From Felis catus (Eukaryota): 64,000 bases of DNA. A model generated the notes under the pieces. That model had not been told where the DNA came from, searched no databases, and saw nothing but the letters and a program-made list of their open reading frames with translations. Position 1 is the first letter of the stretch. Each line of letters starts with the position of its first letter. The DNA is taken from contig NC_058368.1 in the NCBI RefSeq assembly GCF_018350175.1, positions 17,052,001 to 17,116,000 of the forward strand. Reading direction: 5' to 3'. The translations under genes were made by a program, and so were the position numbers. This document shows, piece by piece, positions 25,686-39,085 of the stretch.

Positions 25686-26719
25686 ATATGTGGTCATAGT
25701 TTTATCACCTCATTTAAGACATCTTCTCTATTCTCTCATATAATATTGAACAACCAGTAAGAATAAGTCCTACTAAGCGAGACCTCTCTCAAGATTTTGT
25801 AAATGTAACTTCATAGTTCCTTGCTGTAGTATATGGAATATATCATTTGGCAAAAGTAAAAAAAAAAAAAAATGAAGATGTTGGTGCAATTTATTTAACT
25901 ATTTTATACTAAAAACAGACTCAACTATTTGCTTATATAATTTCCCTACTTTTTAAAATTCAGCCCAATTGATAATAGTATCACTTACGATTTATTCTTG
26001 GTATTATCAAACCTTACTTAGAACAAACATATATATATTTTAGACCGATTTGACTGAATGAAGTCATACTAACAAATACAACTGAAACTCATTAAAGTCC
26101 TCCAAATTTCCAAAAATCTTGTTGAAATTTTACAATAGTAAATAACAAAGGGTGAAGTTAAAATAAATGCCTTCATTTCTACATTAAATAAATGCTTAGG
26201 CATAAGCATAAATACATTTCTTTATCTAATCTTGAATATTACTTAATAATTACTTGGATATATGCAAATATAAAAATCATCCCATTTTCATAATTTCATG
26301 TCCTGTCTTTGACTCTGAACACCAAATCTACCTAAAATATTTTTGCCATATTCTCATTTTCTTAATCCATCCCTGTTATTTTGTAGTCTGGTCACTTACT
26401 AAATTCTCCAAAAATGTCAAATTTATAATCTAAGTCTCAGAATTCCTTCTCTAATAGGTATTTTCCTTTTCCTTCATTTTGTTCCCAGTTACCATGATCT
26501 ATGCAAGATCACAAGGCCAACTTCCTCTTTATTCAGCTTACCCGTGTGAACACAGTGCCTAGGACCCACAGAAACATCTTAATTTCAATTTAAAATTAGA
26601 AGAAAGAGTGCATAGAATGATAGTGACTGTGTTATCATGAATCCAGCCTGGATTATATTTATCTTTATGCCAACCCAGTTGCAAAATATACTTTTATTAT
26701 TATTTTTTGGTATAGAGGA

Positions 26720-27350
26720 AGATCCCAAGAAGCCAGAAGTGCTTGGGGAGCAGGGAAGAGTATCCCCCTAAGAGATCACCTCCATGCTGGTGTTGGGAAG
26801 GGTGTGGAGCTCTCCTCTGAAGGCCAGAGGCTCTTCTTCCCTCACAGGCTTGGCTGTTAACTGTTCTGTGCTTTCAGCTCCCAAACGTCGGCTGAGGGAG
26901 CATCTGATGTTCTGTGCACAAGTGTCCTCCCAGGATGCTTTCTGCCCTACCACATCCTCCCAGGAACCCACGCTGCCTCTGACCACTGTGAGACCTCACA
27001 GCATCCCTGGGGGCCACTTCTCTCAGCTGCTCTCTCTCTCCTCCCTGATTTCCCTTGTCCCAGCAGCACAGCTAGAGTTGACAGAGCCATCAATGGTCAG
27101 CCCTTTGGGAATCTTAATCACTTCCCATCTCCTCTAGTTCACCTTTTATGGCCTTCCCTTCACAAAAGCAATCAAACCAGTATGGCATTGTATGAACCTT
27201 CCTATGGATTATAAGGGCTTGGCCCCACACATAGTTAATTGATACATAAACCAAACAAACCAACAAAGCATTTGTTTTGGTAGCCCAATGGTCATGACCC
27301 TTGTCCCAGGTGGTCATCCCAGGGCATTGTGAAAGTGACTTAGCCACTGC
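26720..27350. mobile_element. Probable old ERVL/MaLR LTR-internal fragment
   Basis: GC-richer island with degenerate LTR-like motifs; family not certain. Confidence 0.35.
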
Positions 27351-28203
27351 TCTCCATCTCAATTTTATATACACAGCATGTGTTATTTAACACAAATAAT
27401 GATATATGTAAAGTACAAAATAACCTATAAGTAAAAAACAAAAATATTATCTCAGGGAGAAAATAGATCATATAACCACATGAATAAATTAATTGGGTTT
27501 TTGATTCAAATTTTGTGCTGATAGGATATTTTGCCAGGGCACTATAAAGCAGAGAACAAATTTATACTGTAGGCACACAAAATGTCATTTTTTCTTTTGT
27601 TACCATAGGCTGAATTTTATTGGAAACGAAACTCAATAATTTTATATGAAATTGGAACAGCTAGCTGACAGAATTAACCTCAAATGGATACTAGATGAAA
27701 TAGCTTTGAATTATTAAGGTATCAAAATCTGTTTTGTTTTTAGAAGAAATACATCTCGTTGGAAGATGCTATATATAAAAGGCTAACATATAAAATTATA
27801 TATAGAAGCTTTCTAGAACTTGTGTGTGTATAAAATATAAAAGTAAAATGAATCCACATTTATTTTTAAATGTTATTATTTTTATAATAATATAAAACTC
27901 GTAACAGAAAATTAGCTGAAAAGCTAGAATTTAAGCCAAATATATATGACTCCAAATTCCATGATCTTTTCATACATCACTGATGGCAATTATTTATGTA
28001 CATCCTATGTCTTAACTCATTCCCCATCCTCTCTCAAGGCAGATATTGGTAATCAATTGTGACTGTTTCCGGCCAGGCCTGGATGTGGTCTCCAAAAACT
28101 TCTCAACACAGCAAGTCAGAAAGGCAATCACAGCCAGACATGCAACTTAAAACTTCTTTTCAATGTTTCCCCTAAACCTGAAGCCTGTATTTACTTCATC
28201 TAC

Positions 28204-28428
28204 TTTTTAAAAAAAATTTTTTTTAATGTTTTTATTTATTTTTGAGACAGAGAGAGACAGAGCATGAGCAGGGGAGGGGCAGAGAGAGAGGAGACACAGA
28301 ATCCGAAGCAGGCTCCAGGCTCTGAGCTGTCAGCACAGAGCCCAACGTGGGGCTAGAACTCACAAACCAGGAGATCATGACCTGAGCCAAAGTCAGACTC
28401 TTAACTGACTGAGCCACCCAGGCGCCCC
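28204..28428 (-). mobile_element. CAN-SINE
   Basis: Complete antisense SINE ending ggcgcccc. Confidence 0.95.
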
Positions 28429-28804
28429 AACTTTTTTTTTTTTAACAGGGATAATAGTTTTTAAAGATCCTTCAATGTAGTCTCCTTCTTGTAACCCATT
28501 TCTTTCTTTTCTTCCTCTCAATCTTGTCACCATTAAAGCAAACCCATGGAATTTCCTTTCCCAGGGGGCATGTAAAGTAAGTGAACTTCTAGAAGGACAG
28601 CAAAACATAGATGCGGAAAAGGATTATATGACATAGGGAAGTTTCTAGATAGAAGGACATACAGTAGAGGAACAAATTTTCCTATTGGAGAGAGGGGGTT
28701 GTACAGGGGCATTTACCATAGTGAAAATGTACCTGAGTCTGTGAGAAAAATCTAGTGCTTCTGCCCTAAGCTTGGTCAAATGTGGGGAAGATGGATGATG
28801 TAGA

Positions 28805-28810
<6 letters not shown>

Positions 28811-28856
<46 letters not shown>

Positions 28857-28865
28857 AAGACAGAA
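28811..28865. repeat. (GA)n(GACA)n compound microsatellite
   Basis: Direct reading. Confidence 0.95.
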
Positions 28866-29879
28866 ACTAGAGGAAAATCCAAGCAATTTGAGCTTGCATT
28901 CTAATTTCTTCATGTTTTTACCATGTTAGTGCAGCTGGAAATACTGAGTGATAAAAAAGACTAGATGGGTGAGTTGGAGACTGTGCCCCAGCACACACCC
29001 CTTCCTACAATCTACAGATGCAGGATTTATGTGTCCTGGACAGAAGACAAAAGGTGGTAAGATTCTATGGACCCCAGATGTCAGGGTTCTGGACAGAGGA
29101 ATCTCATAGTTCAGTTTTCACTCCTGAAGCACAGAGCAGCAAACACAGAATTCAGTCGTAGATGCCAGGACAGAGGATGGCGAGGTCAAACTTTCACTAC
29201 TCATTCATGTTTCCGGCCCTGAACAATCACCTACCTACCACCTTCTGTAGAGACAACAGAAGAAACCAATTCTGGAGCCCTCATCTTGATCCCAGTCTCT
29301 TTGATCAGCAGAATTCTGTTCCTCTGCACCCAGATGCCCTTTTAAGAAGTTGGATAAGAGGCTGAAAATGTTTTGTAGGAGATACCCGATGGTGTCAATG
29401 ACCTAGATGGGGGAATCCTTTCATAATGTGTACATATATAAATCATCTTGTTGTACAATTCAAACATCTTGCAATTGTTATTTTTCAATTATACTCAATA
29501 CAACTTAAAAAACTGATGAAGGTAATTTAAATGTCAAATTCTTTATATTGACTTAATTGTCACCAGTAAAGAGACTGTTTTAAATCAGGGGAGATTATGT
29601 TTTGCTAGCACATTAGAAGGTTTTCTCCTGACAACGGGGGAAACAGGAGCTCCAGAGCAACATGAAATCAGTTCATAGAACATAAAGAAGCTACACTGAT
29701 TGAACACTCCCCAGGCAATAGCATTTTCCATTTATCCAGGGCAGTAATTTTCATGACAAAGGCTGACAGGCCACAAAGCGTCCTGCTATCTCATATTGGA
29801 AAAGTAAGACACTCACCGTCTATATAACTAGTCTTACACCAGCAAAAAAATGAACTTAACAAAGACTAGGAAATGTGGG

Positions 29880-30310
29880 TATGTATCTGCCAGCATTATT
29901 ATTCCCATTTTTCACCAGGAGAACCAAATCTCATCTTCTAAGTTATGCAGTCAGGGTCCCATAGCTAGAAAGCAGAAAACTCAAGATTTGAATGGTACTG
30001 TCTGGTTTTGAAATCCATATTCTTTCCACCCAAACCAATTCACATCCAAATACCTGTTAGCGTCGTCAACTTGATACCTCGTGGAGAACTCAAGTTCAGC
30101 AGATCTGAAACTGAATACATCATCTTACCCAACAACCTATTCTCCCAACCCCCTCTGCCATATTGTTTATCTTAGGAAATGTTGTCTAAACCAGGGTCAT
30201 CCAAGATTTCTCAATCTTACTCACTCTGTCCAGCAAACTGTCTCTTCTATTTCCTGAATATCCCTCTCTGAAGACCCCTTTTGTGCTCACACATAGAAGA
30301 AGTGAATGAA
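29880..30310. mobile_element. MIR (-) followed by L2 (+) fragments
   Basis: attattattcccattttt...caagatttgaa (MIR); gaactcaagttcagcagatctgaaactgaa (L2). Confidence 0.55.
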
Positions 30311-30548
30311 GGACAAAAAATATCTACATAAAGTCATAAACATCTACATATTTACAAATGGCTGTGAGAGGTGAAATGGCTAATAAATTTTAGTGTTAAT
30401 TGAAACTTCAACACAGCATCTATAGTGAGGAAGTCAGTGAGAAACAATGAGCCCAAATACCTCCCTGGAAAGTAGTTTTCTTTTCTTGGAAAAAAAGAAA
30501 TAATATTCAAGGGGAGCCAGGAAAGTACCTAGTATAAATCAGATTCAA

Positions 30549-31700
30549 GGGGAGGAGCCAAGATGGCGGAACAGCATGGAAGATTTTTATGTGTCTCACA
30601 TCGGTGAAATACAGCCAGACCAACACTAAATCATCCTGCACACCTAGAAAACTGATTGGAGTATTAACACAACAATCTGCACAACCAGAACCACAGAATT
30701 CAGCAAGTATGCGGCGCAGAGAGGTGAACTTGGGGAGGAAGAAGCCCCCGCAGGCATGGAACCGCTTTTGCGGGCAGAGAGAGGACAGAGACGAGTGGGG
30801 GGGGGGGGGGGCGTAGAATAAGGGAAAAGCACCCCTCCCCAAAAGCCACTGGAGAGAAACTGGAGAATTGGAAACAGCCGCAGGGACTAAACTAAAAAGG
30901 GAGAAAGGAGAAAGGAGAGGGTTTAAATTCCATTAAGACTATAAACGAGGGGAGCGCAAAGGCTGCAACTCCACAGGTTGGTACCTGGTGGTGCTCTGGC
31001 GGGAAGGGCGAATCCTCAGGAACAGAGTGGGGTCCAGGAGGTTCTCGGGCCACACGGGGAAAAGCGGTTCCACTGCCGGAAGGACATTTGGTAGAGACTG
31101 TTGAAGCCACCTGGTAGCAGCAGACCCGGGAAGGCAGCCACATTCGCTGGTGCTGGAACAAGGTCGTTGAGGGTGAAGCCTGGTGCCCATAATCCCTGAA
31201 ACACTGCTACTACACTGTCTCACGAACTTTTTCTGGGACGGGCTGGCACCTGGCCGCAGTCTCAGGGCACCGGCAGCAGCAGGGTCCATCGGGCCTTCCT
31301 GGGTGCAGCCAACATTAGGCCATTGCTCATCGGCCATTGCTGGGTGAGACCCTCCCACAGAGGGGCAGAACGGGTCAAAGCCAGAGTCCTTCGGAAGTAA
31401 GGGGCCAGGGAAAACAGCCGCCTCTGAGACAAAACTCGGGAGAGAGTTACTGCCTAGGGCTTGGTCATGGACAGTGAAGAAGTGGGGAGTGGACGAAAGC
31501 TGAAGACAGAGGACGGGTGCGCGATTGCTGATTCGAGAGAACAGACCGGGTGGCTGGGTGGCTCCATTTTTCACTGCTCCCGCACATGCGCATACGCACC
31601 GACAGCACGCCAACACTCCACCCCAGGAGGCTAGCAGCGCCATCTAGTGGAGAAAAGAGCCGTTGCACTGAGCCCTGCCCAACTGGGCCAACCTCACTCT
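30549..31700 (+). promoter_or_regulatory. L1 internal promoter region (YY1, NRF1-like and CTCF motifs)
   Basis: CAAGATGGCGG at 30559-30569; gcacatgcgcat near 31582; GCGCCATCTAGTGG (revcomp CCACTAGATGGCGC) at 31637-31650. Confidence 0.6.
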
Positions 31701-31829
31701 TCAAGAACATAAGTCTCACCTCCTGCTTACTATATGGACTATAAAGAGCTTCATAGTCTGACTTCTAGGGGAAAACGAAGTAATTTCAGCCCTATTTCAA
31801 TCTGTTAGCAGGTGCATCTATTCAATTTT

Positions 31830-32490
31830 CTTTCTTTTTTTTTCTTTTTTTTCCCTTTTCACTTCTTTTTCTTGAATACAGAAAGAGAAAAAATTCATTT
31901 TTATTTTCAATTTTTATTAAAAATATTATTCTTTAATTTTTTTACTATATCTTTTACTTTTATGTAAATTTTTTCAAATTCTATTTTACTTCCATCATTT
32001 TATTTTAGTCTACTTCAGTGTATTCATTTTTTCAAATTTTCAAACGGTTTCCTTTTTCTTTTTCTTTTTTCTTTTTTTTCTTTTCTTTTTCTTGAATGCA
32101 GAAGGAGAAAAACTTCATTTTTACTTTCAATTTGTATTAAAAATATTTTTCTTTAATTTTTTTTACTATCTTTTTGCTTTTGTGTAATTTTTTTCAAACT
32201 CTATTTTACTTCCATAATTTTATTTTAGTCTACTACAGTGTATTCACTTTTTCAAATTTTCAAATGATTTCCTTTTTTTCTTTTTGCTTTTTCGTTTTTC
32301 TTTTTATTGAATACAGAAAGAGAAAAAATTCATTTTTTTAAATTTTTATTAAAACTATTTTTCTTTACTTTTTTTCTACTATATTCTTTACTTTTATGTA
32401 ATTTTTTTCAAATTCTATTTTACTCCCATCATCTCATTTTAGTCTACTTCAGTGTATTCATTTTTTCAAATTCTCAAATGATTTCCTCCC
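31830..32490 (+). repeat. Three ~215-220 bp T-rich tandem units in the L1 5' UTR
   Basis: ttgaat(a/g)cagaa(a/g)gagaaaaa at ~31872, ~32092, ~32307; tagtctact(t/a)cagtgtattca recurs with the same period. Confidence 0.9.
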
Positions 32491-32565
32491 CCCACCCCTT
32501 TTTTTTCTTTAATCTGTCAAACCACTTTCAACACCCAGAACAAAACACACCTAGGATCTAGCATT

Positions 32566-32796
32566 AGACAGATCAGGTTTGCAGCTGAGCTATCCACAGA
32601 AACTTGGCAGGCCAGAAAAGAGTGGCAGGATATATTCAATGTGCTGAATCAGAAAAACATGAAGCCAAGAATTTTTTATCCAACAAGGCTGTCATTCAAA
32701 ATAGGAGAGATAAAACATTTCCCAGACAAACAAAAATTAAAGGAGTTCGTGACCACTTAACCAACCCTGCAAGAAATTTTAAGGGGGACCCTCTCA
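32566..32796 (+). pseudogene. L1 ORF1p C-terminal remnant
   Basis: Translates RQIRFAAELSTETWQARKEWQDIFNVLNQKNMKPRIFYPTRLSFKIGEIKHFPDKQKLKEFVTT*PTLQEILRGTL; no start codon, internal stop at 32758-32760. Confidence 0.9.
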
Positions 32797-32907
32797 GGGG
32801 AGAAAAGACAAAAAAAAAAAAAAAAAAAAAAAAAAAAGACCAAAAGCAACAAAGACTAGAAAGGACCAGAGAACACGACCAGAAACTCCAACTCTACAAA
32901 CATCATA

Positions 32908-35900
32908 ATGGCAATAAATTCATATCTTTCAGTTCTCACCCTAAATGTCCATGGACTCAGTGCTCCAATCAAAAGACACAGAGCAACAGAATGGATAAGA
33001 AAACAAGATCCATCTATATGCTGTTTACAAGAGACCCACTTGAGACCTCAAGACACCTTCAGATTGAAACTAAGGGGATGGAGAACTATCTATCATGCTA
33101 ATGGTCAACAAAAGAAAGCCAGAGTAGCCATACTTATATCAGACAATCTAGACTCTAAAATAAAGACTGTATTAAGACATGCAGAAGGGCATTATATCAT
33201 AATCAAGGGGTCTATACACCAAGAAGACCTAACAATTGTAAACATTTATGCGCCAAATGTGGAAGCACCCAAATATATACATCAATTAATCACAAACATA
33301 AAGAAACTCATCAATAGTAATACCAAAACAGTAGTAGACTTCAACACCCCACTCACAACAATGGACAGATTATCTAATCAAAAAACCAACAAGGAAACAA
33401 TGGCTTTGAATGACACACTGGACCGGCTGGACTTAACAGATATATTCAGAACATTTCATCCTAAAGCAGCAGAATATACATTCTTCTCCAGCACACACGG
33501 AACGTTCTCCAGAATAGACCATATACTGGGACACAAATCGGCCCTAAGTAAGTACAAAAATATTGAGATCCTACCGTGCATATTTTCAGACCACAACGCT
33601 ATGAAACTCAAAATCAACCACAAGAAAAAACTCGGAAAGTTAACAAATACTTGGAGACTGAAGAATATCCTACTAAAGAATGAATGGGCTAACCAAGCAG
33701 TTAAAGGGGAGATTAAAAAGTATAGGGAAGTCAATGAAAATGATAACACCACAACTGAAAACCTCTGGGACATAGCAAAGGTGGTCATAAGAGGAAAGTA
33801 TATGGCAATCCAGGCCTTCCTAAAGAAGGAAGAAAGATCTCAGATACACAACCTAACCTTACGCCTTAAGGAACTGGAAAAAGAACAGCAAATAAAACCC
33901 AAAACCAGCAGAAGACAGGAAACAATAAAGATTAGAGCAGAAATTACTGCTATCGAAACTAAAAAAAAAAAAACAGTAGAACAGATCAATGAAACCAGAA
34001 GCTGGTTCTTTGAAAGAATTAACAAATCTGATAAACCACTAGTCAGTTTGATCAAAAAGAAAAAGGAAAGGACCCAAATACATAAAATCAAGAATGAAAG
34101 AGAAGAGATCACAACCAACACAGCAGAAATAAAAACAATAATAAGAATATTATGAGCAGTTATATGCCAATAAAATGGGCAATCTGGAAGAAATGGACAA
34201 ATTCCTAGAAACATATACACTACCAAAACTGAAACAGGAAGAAATAAAGAAATTTGAACAGACCCATAACCAGTAAGGAAATCGAATTAGTAATCAAAAA
34301 TCTGCCAAAAACCAAGAGTCCAGGGCCAGATGGCTTTCCAGGGGAATTCTACCAAACATTTAAGGAAGAGTTAACACCTATTCTCTTGAAGTTGTTCCAA
34401 AAAATAGAAATGGAAGGAAAACTTCCAAACTCTTTCTATCATGCCAGCATAACCTTGATTCCAAAACCAGACAGAGACCCAACTAAAAAGGAGAACTATA
34501 GGCCAATTTCCCTGATGAACATGGATGCAAAAATCCTCAACAAGATATTAGCCAAAGGGATCCAACAATACATTAAAAAAATTATTCACCACGACCAAAT
34601 GGGATTTATACCTGGGATGAAGGGCTGGCTCAATATCCGCAAAGCAATCAACATGATACATCATATCGATAAAAGAAAGGACAAGAACCACATGATCTTC
34701 TCAATAGATTCAGAGAAAGCACTTAACAAAATACAACATCCTCTCTTGATAAAAACCCTCAAGAAAGTAGGGATAGAAAGATCATACCTCGAGATCATGA
34801 AAGCCATGTATGAATGGCCCAATGCTAATATCATCCTCAATGGGAAAAACTGAGAGCTTTCCCCCTGAGGTCAGGAACAAGACAGGGATTTCCACTCTCG
34901 CCACTGTTATTCAACATAGTATTGGAAGTCTTAGTCTCTGCAACCAGACAACACAAAGAAATAAAAGGCATCCAAATCAGCCAGGAGAAGGTCAAACTTT
35001 CACTCTTCGCAGATGACATGATACTCTATTTGGAAAACCCCAAAGATTCCACCAAAAAAACTGCTAGAAAAGATTCATGAATTCAGCAAAATTGCAGGAT
35101 ATAAAATCAATGCACAGAAATCGGTTGCATTCCTATACACCAACAAAGAAGTGACAGAAAGAAAAATCAAGGAATTGATCAGTTTTTACAGTTGTACAAA
35201 AAACCATAAAATACCTAGGAATAAATTTAACCAAAGAGGTGAAAAATCTATAAACTGAAAAGTATAGAAAGCTTATGAAAGAAATTGAAGACACAAAATA
35301 ATGGAAAAAAGATTCCATGCTCCTGGATAGGAAGAATAAATATTGTTAAAATGTTGATACTACCCAAAGCAATCTACATATTCAATGCAATCCCTATCAA
35401 AATAACACCAGCATTCTTCACAGAGCTAGAACAAACAATCCTAAAATTTGCATGGAACCAGAAAAGACCCCGAATAGCCAAAGCAATCTTGAAAAAGAAA
35501 ACCAAAGCAGGAGGCATCACAATCCTGGACTTCAAGCTATACTACAAAGCTGTAATCATCAAGACAGTATGGTACTGCAGAGAATCCAGAAATGGACCCA
35601 CAAACATATGGCCAACTAACATTTGACAAAGCAGGAAAGAACATCCGATGGAATAAAGACAGTCTCTTCAGCAAGTGGTGCTGGGAAAACTGGACAGCGA
35701 CATGCAGAAGAATGAACTTGGACCACTGTCTTACACCATACATAAAAATAAACTCAAAATGGATGAAAGATCTAAATGTAAGACAGGAATCCATCAACAT
35801 CCTCAAGGAGAAAGCAGGCAAAAACCTCTTTGATCTTGGGCACAGCAACTTCTTACTCAACACGTCTCCGGAGGCAAGGGAAACAAAAGCAAAAATGAAC

Positions 35901-36687
35901 TACTGGGACCTTATCAAAATAAAAAGCTTCTGCACAGCGAAGGAAACAATCAGCAAAACTAAAAGGCAATGGACAGAATGGGAGAAGATATTTGCGAATG
36001 ACATATCAGATAAAGGGTAGTAGCCAAAATCTATAAAGAACTTATCAAACTCAACACCCAAAAAACAAATAATCCAGTGAAGAAATGGGCAAAAGACATG
36101 AATAGACCCTTCTCCAAAGAAGACATCCAGATGGCCAACCAACACATGAAAAAATGCTCAACATCACTCATACTCAGGGAAATACAAATCAAAATCACAA
36201 TGAGATACCCCTTACACCTGTCAGAATAGCTAACATTAACAACTCAGGCAACAACAGATGTTGGCGAGGATGCGGAGAAAGGATCTCTATTGCACTGCTG
36301 GTGGGAATGCAAGCTGGTGTAGCCACTCTGGAAAACAGTATGGAGGTTCCACAAAAACTAAAAATAGAAGTAAACCTACGACCCAGCAATTGCGCTACTA
36401 GGCATTTATCCAAGGGATACAGGTGTGCTGTTTCAAAGGGACACATGCACCCCCATGTTTATAGCAACACTATCAACAATAGCCAAAGTATGGAAAGAGC
36501 CCCAACGCCCACTGATGGATGAATGGATAAAGAAGATGTGGTATACATATATACAGTGGAGTATTACTCAGCAATCAAAAAAGAATGAAATCTTGCCATT
36601 TGCAACTACGTGCATGGAACTAGAGGGTATTATGCTAAGTGAAATTAGTCAGAGAAAGACAAAAATCATATGACTTCACTCATATGA
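32908..36687 (+). pseudogene. L1 ORF2p (APE endonuclease, reverse transcriptase, C-terminal domain), frameshifted
   Basis: LNVHGL/LQETH/SDHNA endonuclease motifs (32908-34155); [22 protein letters not shown] at ~35006-35017; several frameshifts and a short deletion near 35580. Confidence 0.96.
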
Positions 36688-37081
36688 GGACTTTAAGAAA
36701 CAAACAGATGAACATAAGGGAAGGGAAACAAAAAATATAAAAACAGGGAGGGGGACAAATCATAAGAGACTCATAAATATGGAGAACAAACTGAGGGTTA
36801 CTGGAGGGGTTGTGGGTGGAAGGGATGGGCTAAATGGGTAAGAGGCACTAAGGAATCTACTCCTGAAATCATTGTTGCACTATGTGCTAATCATTGGATG
36901 TAAATTTAAAAAAATAAAAAAGAAAATTAAAAAAAGAAAAAAAAATCAGATCCAATAAACAGAAGCATAATTCAAAATAAGGTGAGGTATATACAGAAAC
37001 ACTTTGAATCTTCTTCTGGATGAGCCAATCAGAATGCTGATATGGCAAAGAAGGAAACCCAAGAGAAAGCCACACTCCTAT

Positions 37082-37294
37082 TAAAAAAAATTTTTAATGT
37101 TTATTTATTTTTGAGAGGGACACGGAGTATGAATAGGAGAAGGGACAGAGAGATTGGGAAACACAGAATCTGAAGAGGGCTCCAGGCTCTGAGCTATCAG
37201 TGCAGAGCCTGACACAGGGCTCAAATTCACAGACCATGAGATCATGACCTGAGCCAAAGTTGGACGCTTAACCGACTGAGCCACCAGGCACCCC
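37082..37294 (-). mobile_element. CAN-SINE
   Basis: Complete antisense SINE. Confidence 0.93.
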
Positions 37295-38684
37295 ATGAGA
37301 AAAGCCAGACTCTTGCACCCCATGGAAACTATGTGCTGCACCAGGAGATGTATTCATGAGCCAGAGAAAGACCAACACCTTCAGGAACTTCCATTTGCTC
37401 CTGAAGGATCCACAAACAATGAGAATGAAATTATCTGTCATTTTTCTCCTTCTCTTCTTCCTTTCTTTTTTTTTTCCATATTTATGTTTCGTTTGTTTTT
37501 AGAAAGTGCTGTGTTGGAGATTATTGGTTAATAGAATCGATACAAACTAATGGTAACTGCGCTTTACATTTAAAATACATTTAGTAAAATTATATATAAT
37601 TTTGTGGGGTTTTAATATAAACTTTTATATTTCCTCATCAAAGGGCAAGCAATTGGAAAATACATTGTTAACTTGTATTTCATTTTTTCTTACATTCTTA
37701 GTTCTGCTGAACGTTTTGTGTGTTAATCTTGTCCCCCATTATCTCTGCTGACTGTTGCTTTCTCATTTCAGTCTTTCCTCTCAGACTCTACTCATGAACT
37801 CGCTCAAGTTCACTTTGAGGGTCAGCTGTAGAGATTCCCAGCCACTAATTCCATCCAGCATTAGCCACCCGCTTGAATAACAACAGACTATGGCTTTGCT
37901 CACTGGCTGCTAGAAGCCATGTCTCTTCTGGCCAACCTGAGTGTTGGGACTGCTCCCCTTTGATTTGTTCAATCTATTAAAATTCTGTGTCCTAGAGTAA
38001 TGCAAGGAAGGAGCTATAAATTACTTTTGTTGAGAGGAGTTACTTCAAAATGACAAATATATCACCATTTTGTGTCATTGAATAGCAACAGAATTTGACT
38101 TTGATTGATGTGAGTTAAAAAAAAAAAGTGAATGTGTAGAATCAACAGGAAGGCTGGAGAACCAGGCTTAGTGTTACACAGCTGGAGACAAGCACCCAAA
38201 TCCTCAGGGAACTAATCTGATGAGGAAACCTGTTTCCCCGCTGAGTTGTAAGGATTGCAAGGTGTACTGTGGGCCCCGGTGCTCTGAGAACAACCACTAC
38301 AACACAGACTCTCGATTTTTGATTCTTGGGGCCCGAAGGGCTTCCGTCCCTGAAATAGGGACCTGGGACTGGCAGCGCTTCGATGCCCAGAGGCAAAGAG
38401 GCCTGGGGAAGTGAGCTTCTGGCATTTTTAGTTTCTAGAATATGAAGTTGATACCGCTCCCTCCAAGAATCACAAGATCTCATAATATTATCCTAAATAT
38501 AGGCAGAGAGTTCAGATACTGCCCAGCGAAAAAGAATGACACATGTCCCCTACGGCGTCTGAATTGAAAGTTGTGGTCACAATAAGAATAAGAAATGCCA
38601 AGAAGCTGCCAGGCAACCAGGTCCCCTAAGTAGCCTAAGCATGTGTTCTTATTTACCAGCGTTTATCACCAACTTCTCACAGGA

Positions 38685-38689
38685 CACAC

Positions 38690-38733
<44 letters not shown>
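38685..38733. repeat. (CA)n microsatellite
   Basis: Direct reading. Confidence 0.95.
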
Positions 38734-38735
<2 letters not shown>

Positions 38736-39085
38736 CTGCATGCCTGCACACAGAAAACAAAATCACAAGGACCCTTGCTCCTATGTCACCAAAGACTTAA
38801 TTTTTTCTAAATGTTAGATAATTCCATACAAATAAAGGGTGAATAGAGGTTAATCATTTGAAGTGTTTGGGGCACGCTTTTTGTCCATCCTGCTTTTTTT
38901 TTTTTGCTTGCCGATGACACTTCTGTTTGTTTTCCAGGCTAATTTTGACAAACTAATACATGAATGCACTAAATATATTCTTCAATTGTATCCCTGGGGA
39001 GGTTTTTATTGTTAACATAAAATAAAAAAAATACAATGTGTTTATAAAGTTACAGCATATGAAAACTGTAAGGGCACATACTGAC

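Larger units (their letters stand above)
30549..36942 (+). mobile_element. Feline/carnivore LINE-1, 5'-complete, with most of ORF1 missing
   Basis: Starts GGGGAGGAGCCAAGATGGCGG; CpG-rich 5' UTR; ORF1 C-terminus only; ORF2; 3' UTR and poly-A; TSD aaatcagat(t/c)caa at 30536-30548 and 36943-36955. Confidence 0.97.

Noticed and set aside
30939..31643. 234-aa antisense ORF in the L1 5' UTR (ORF0-like idea)
   Set aside because: GC-rich UTR gives long ORFs by chance; no recognisable domain; ORF0 is described for primate L1 and nothing here supports equivalence.
33456..36446. Several hydrophobic antisense ORFs within L1 ORF2
   Set aside because: Standard by-product of the A-rich sense strand of L1.
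38217..38235. CTGATGAGGAAAC, resembling the hammerhead ribozyme core
   Set aside because: No stem II between CUGAUGA and GAAA and no flanking stems I/III; also matches the common MIR motif gatgaggaaac.
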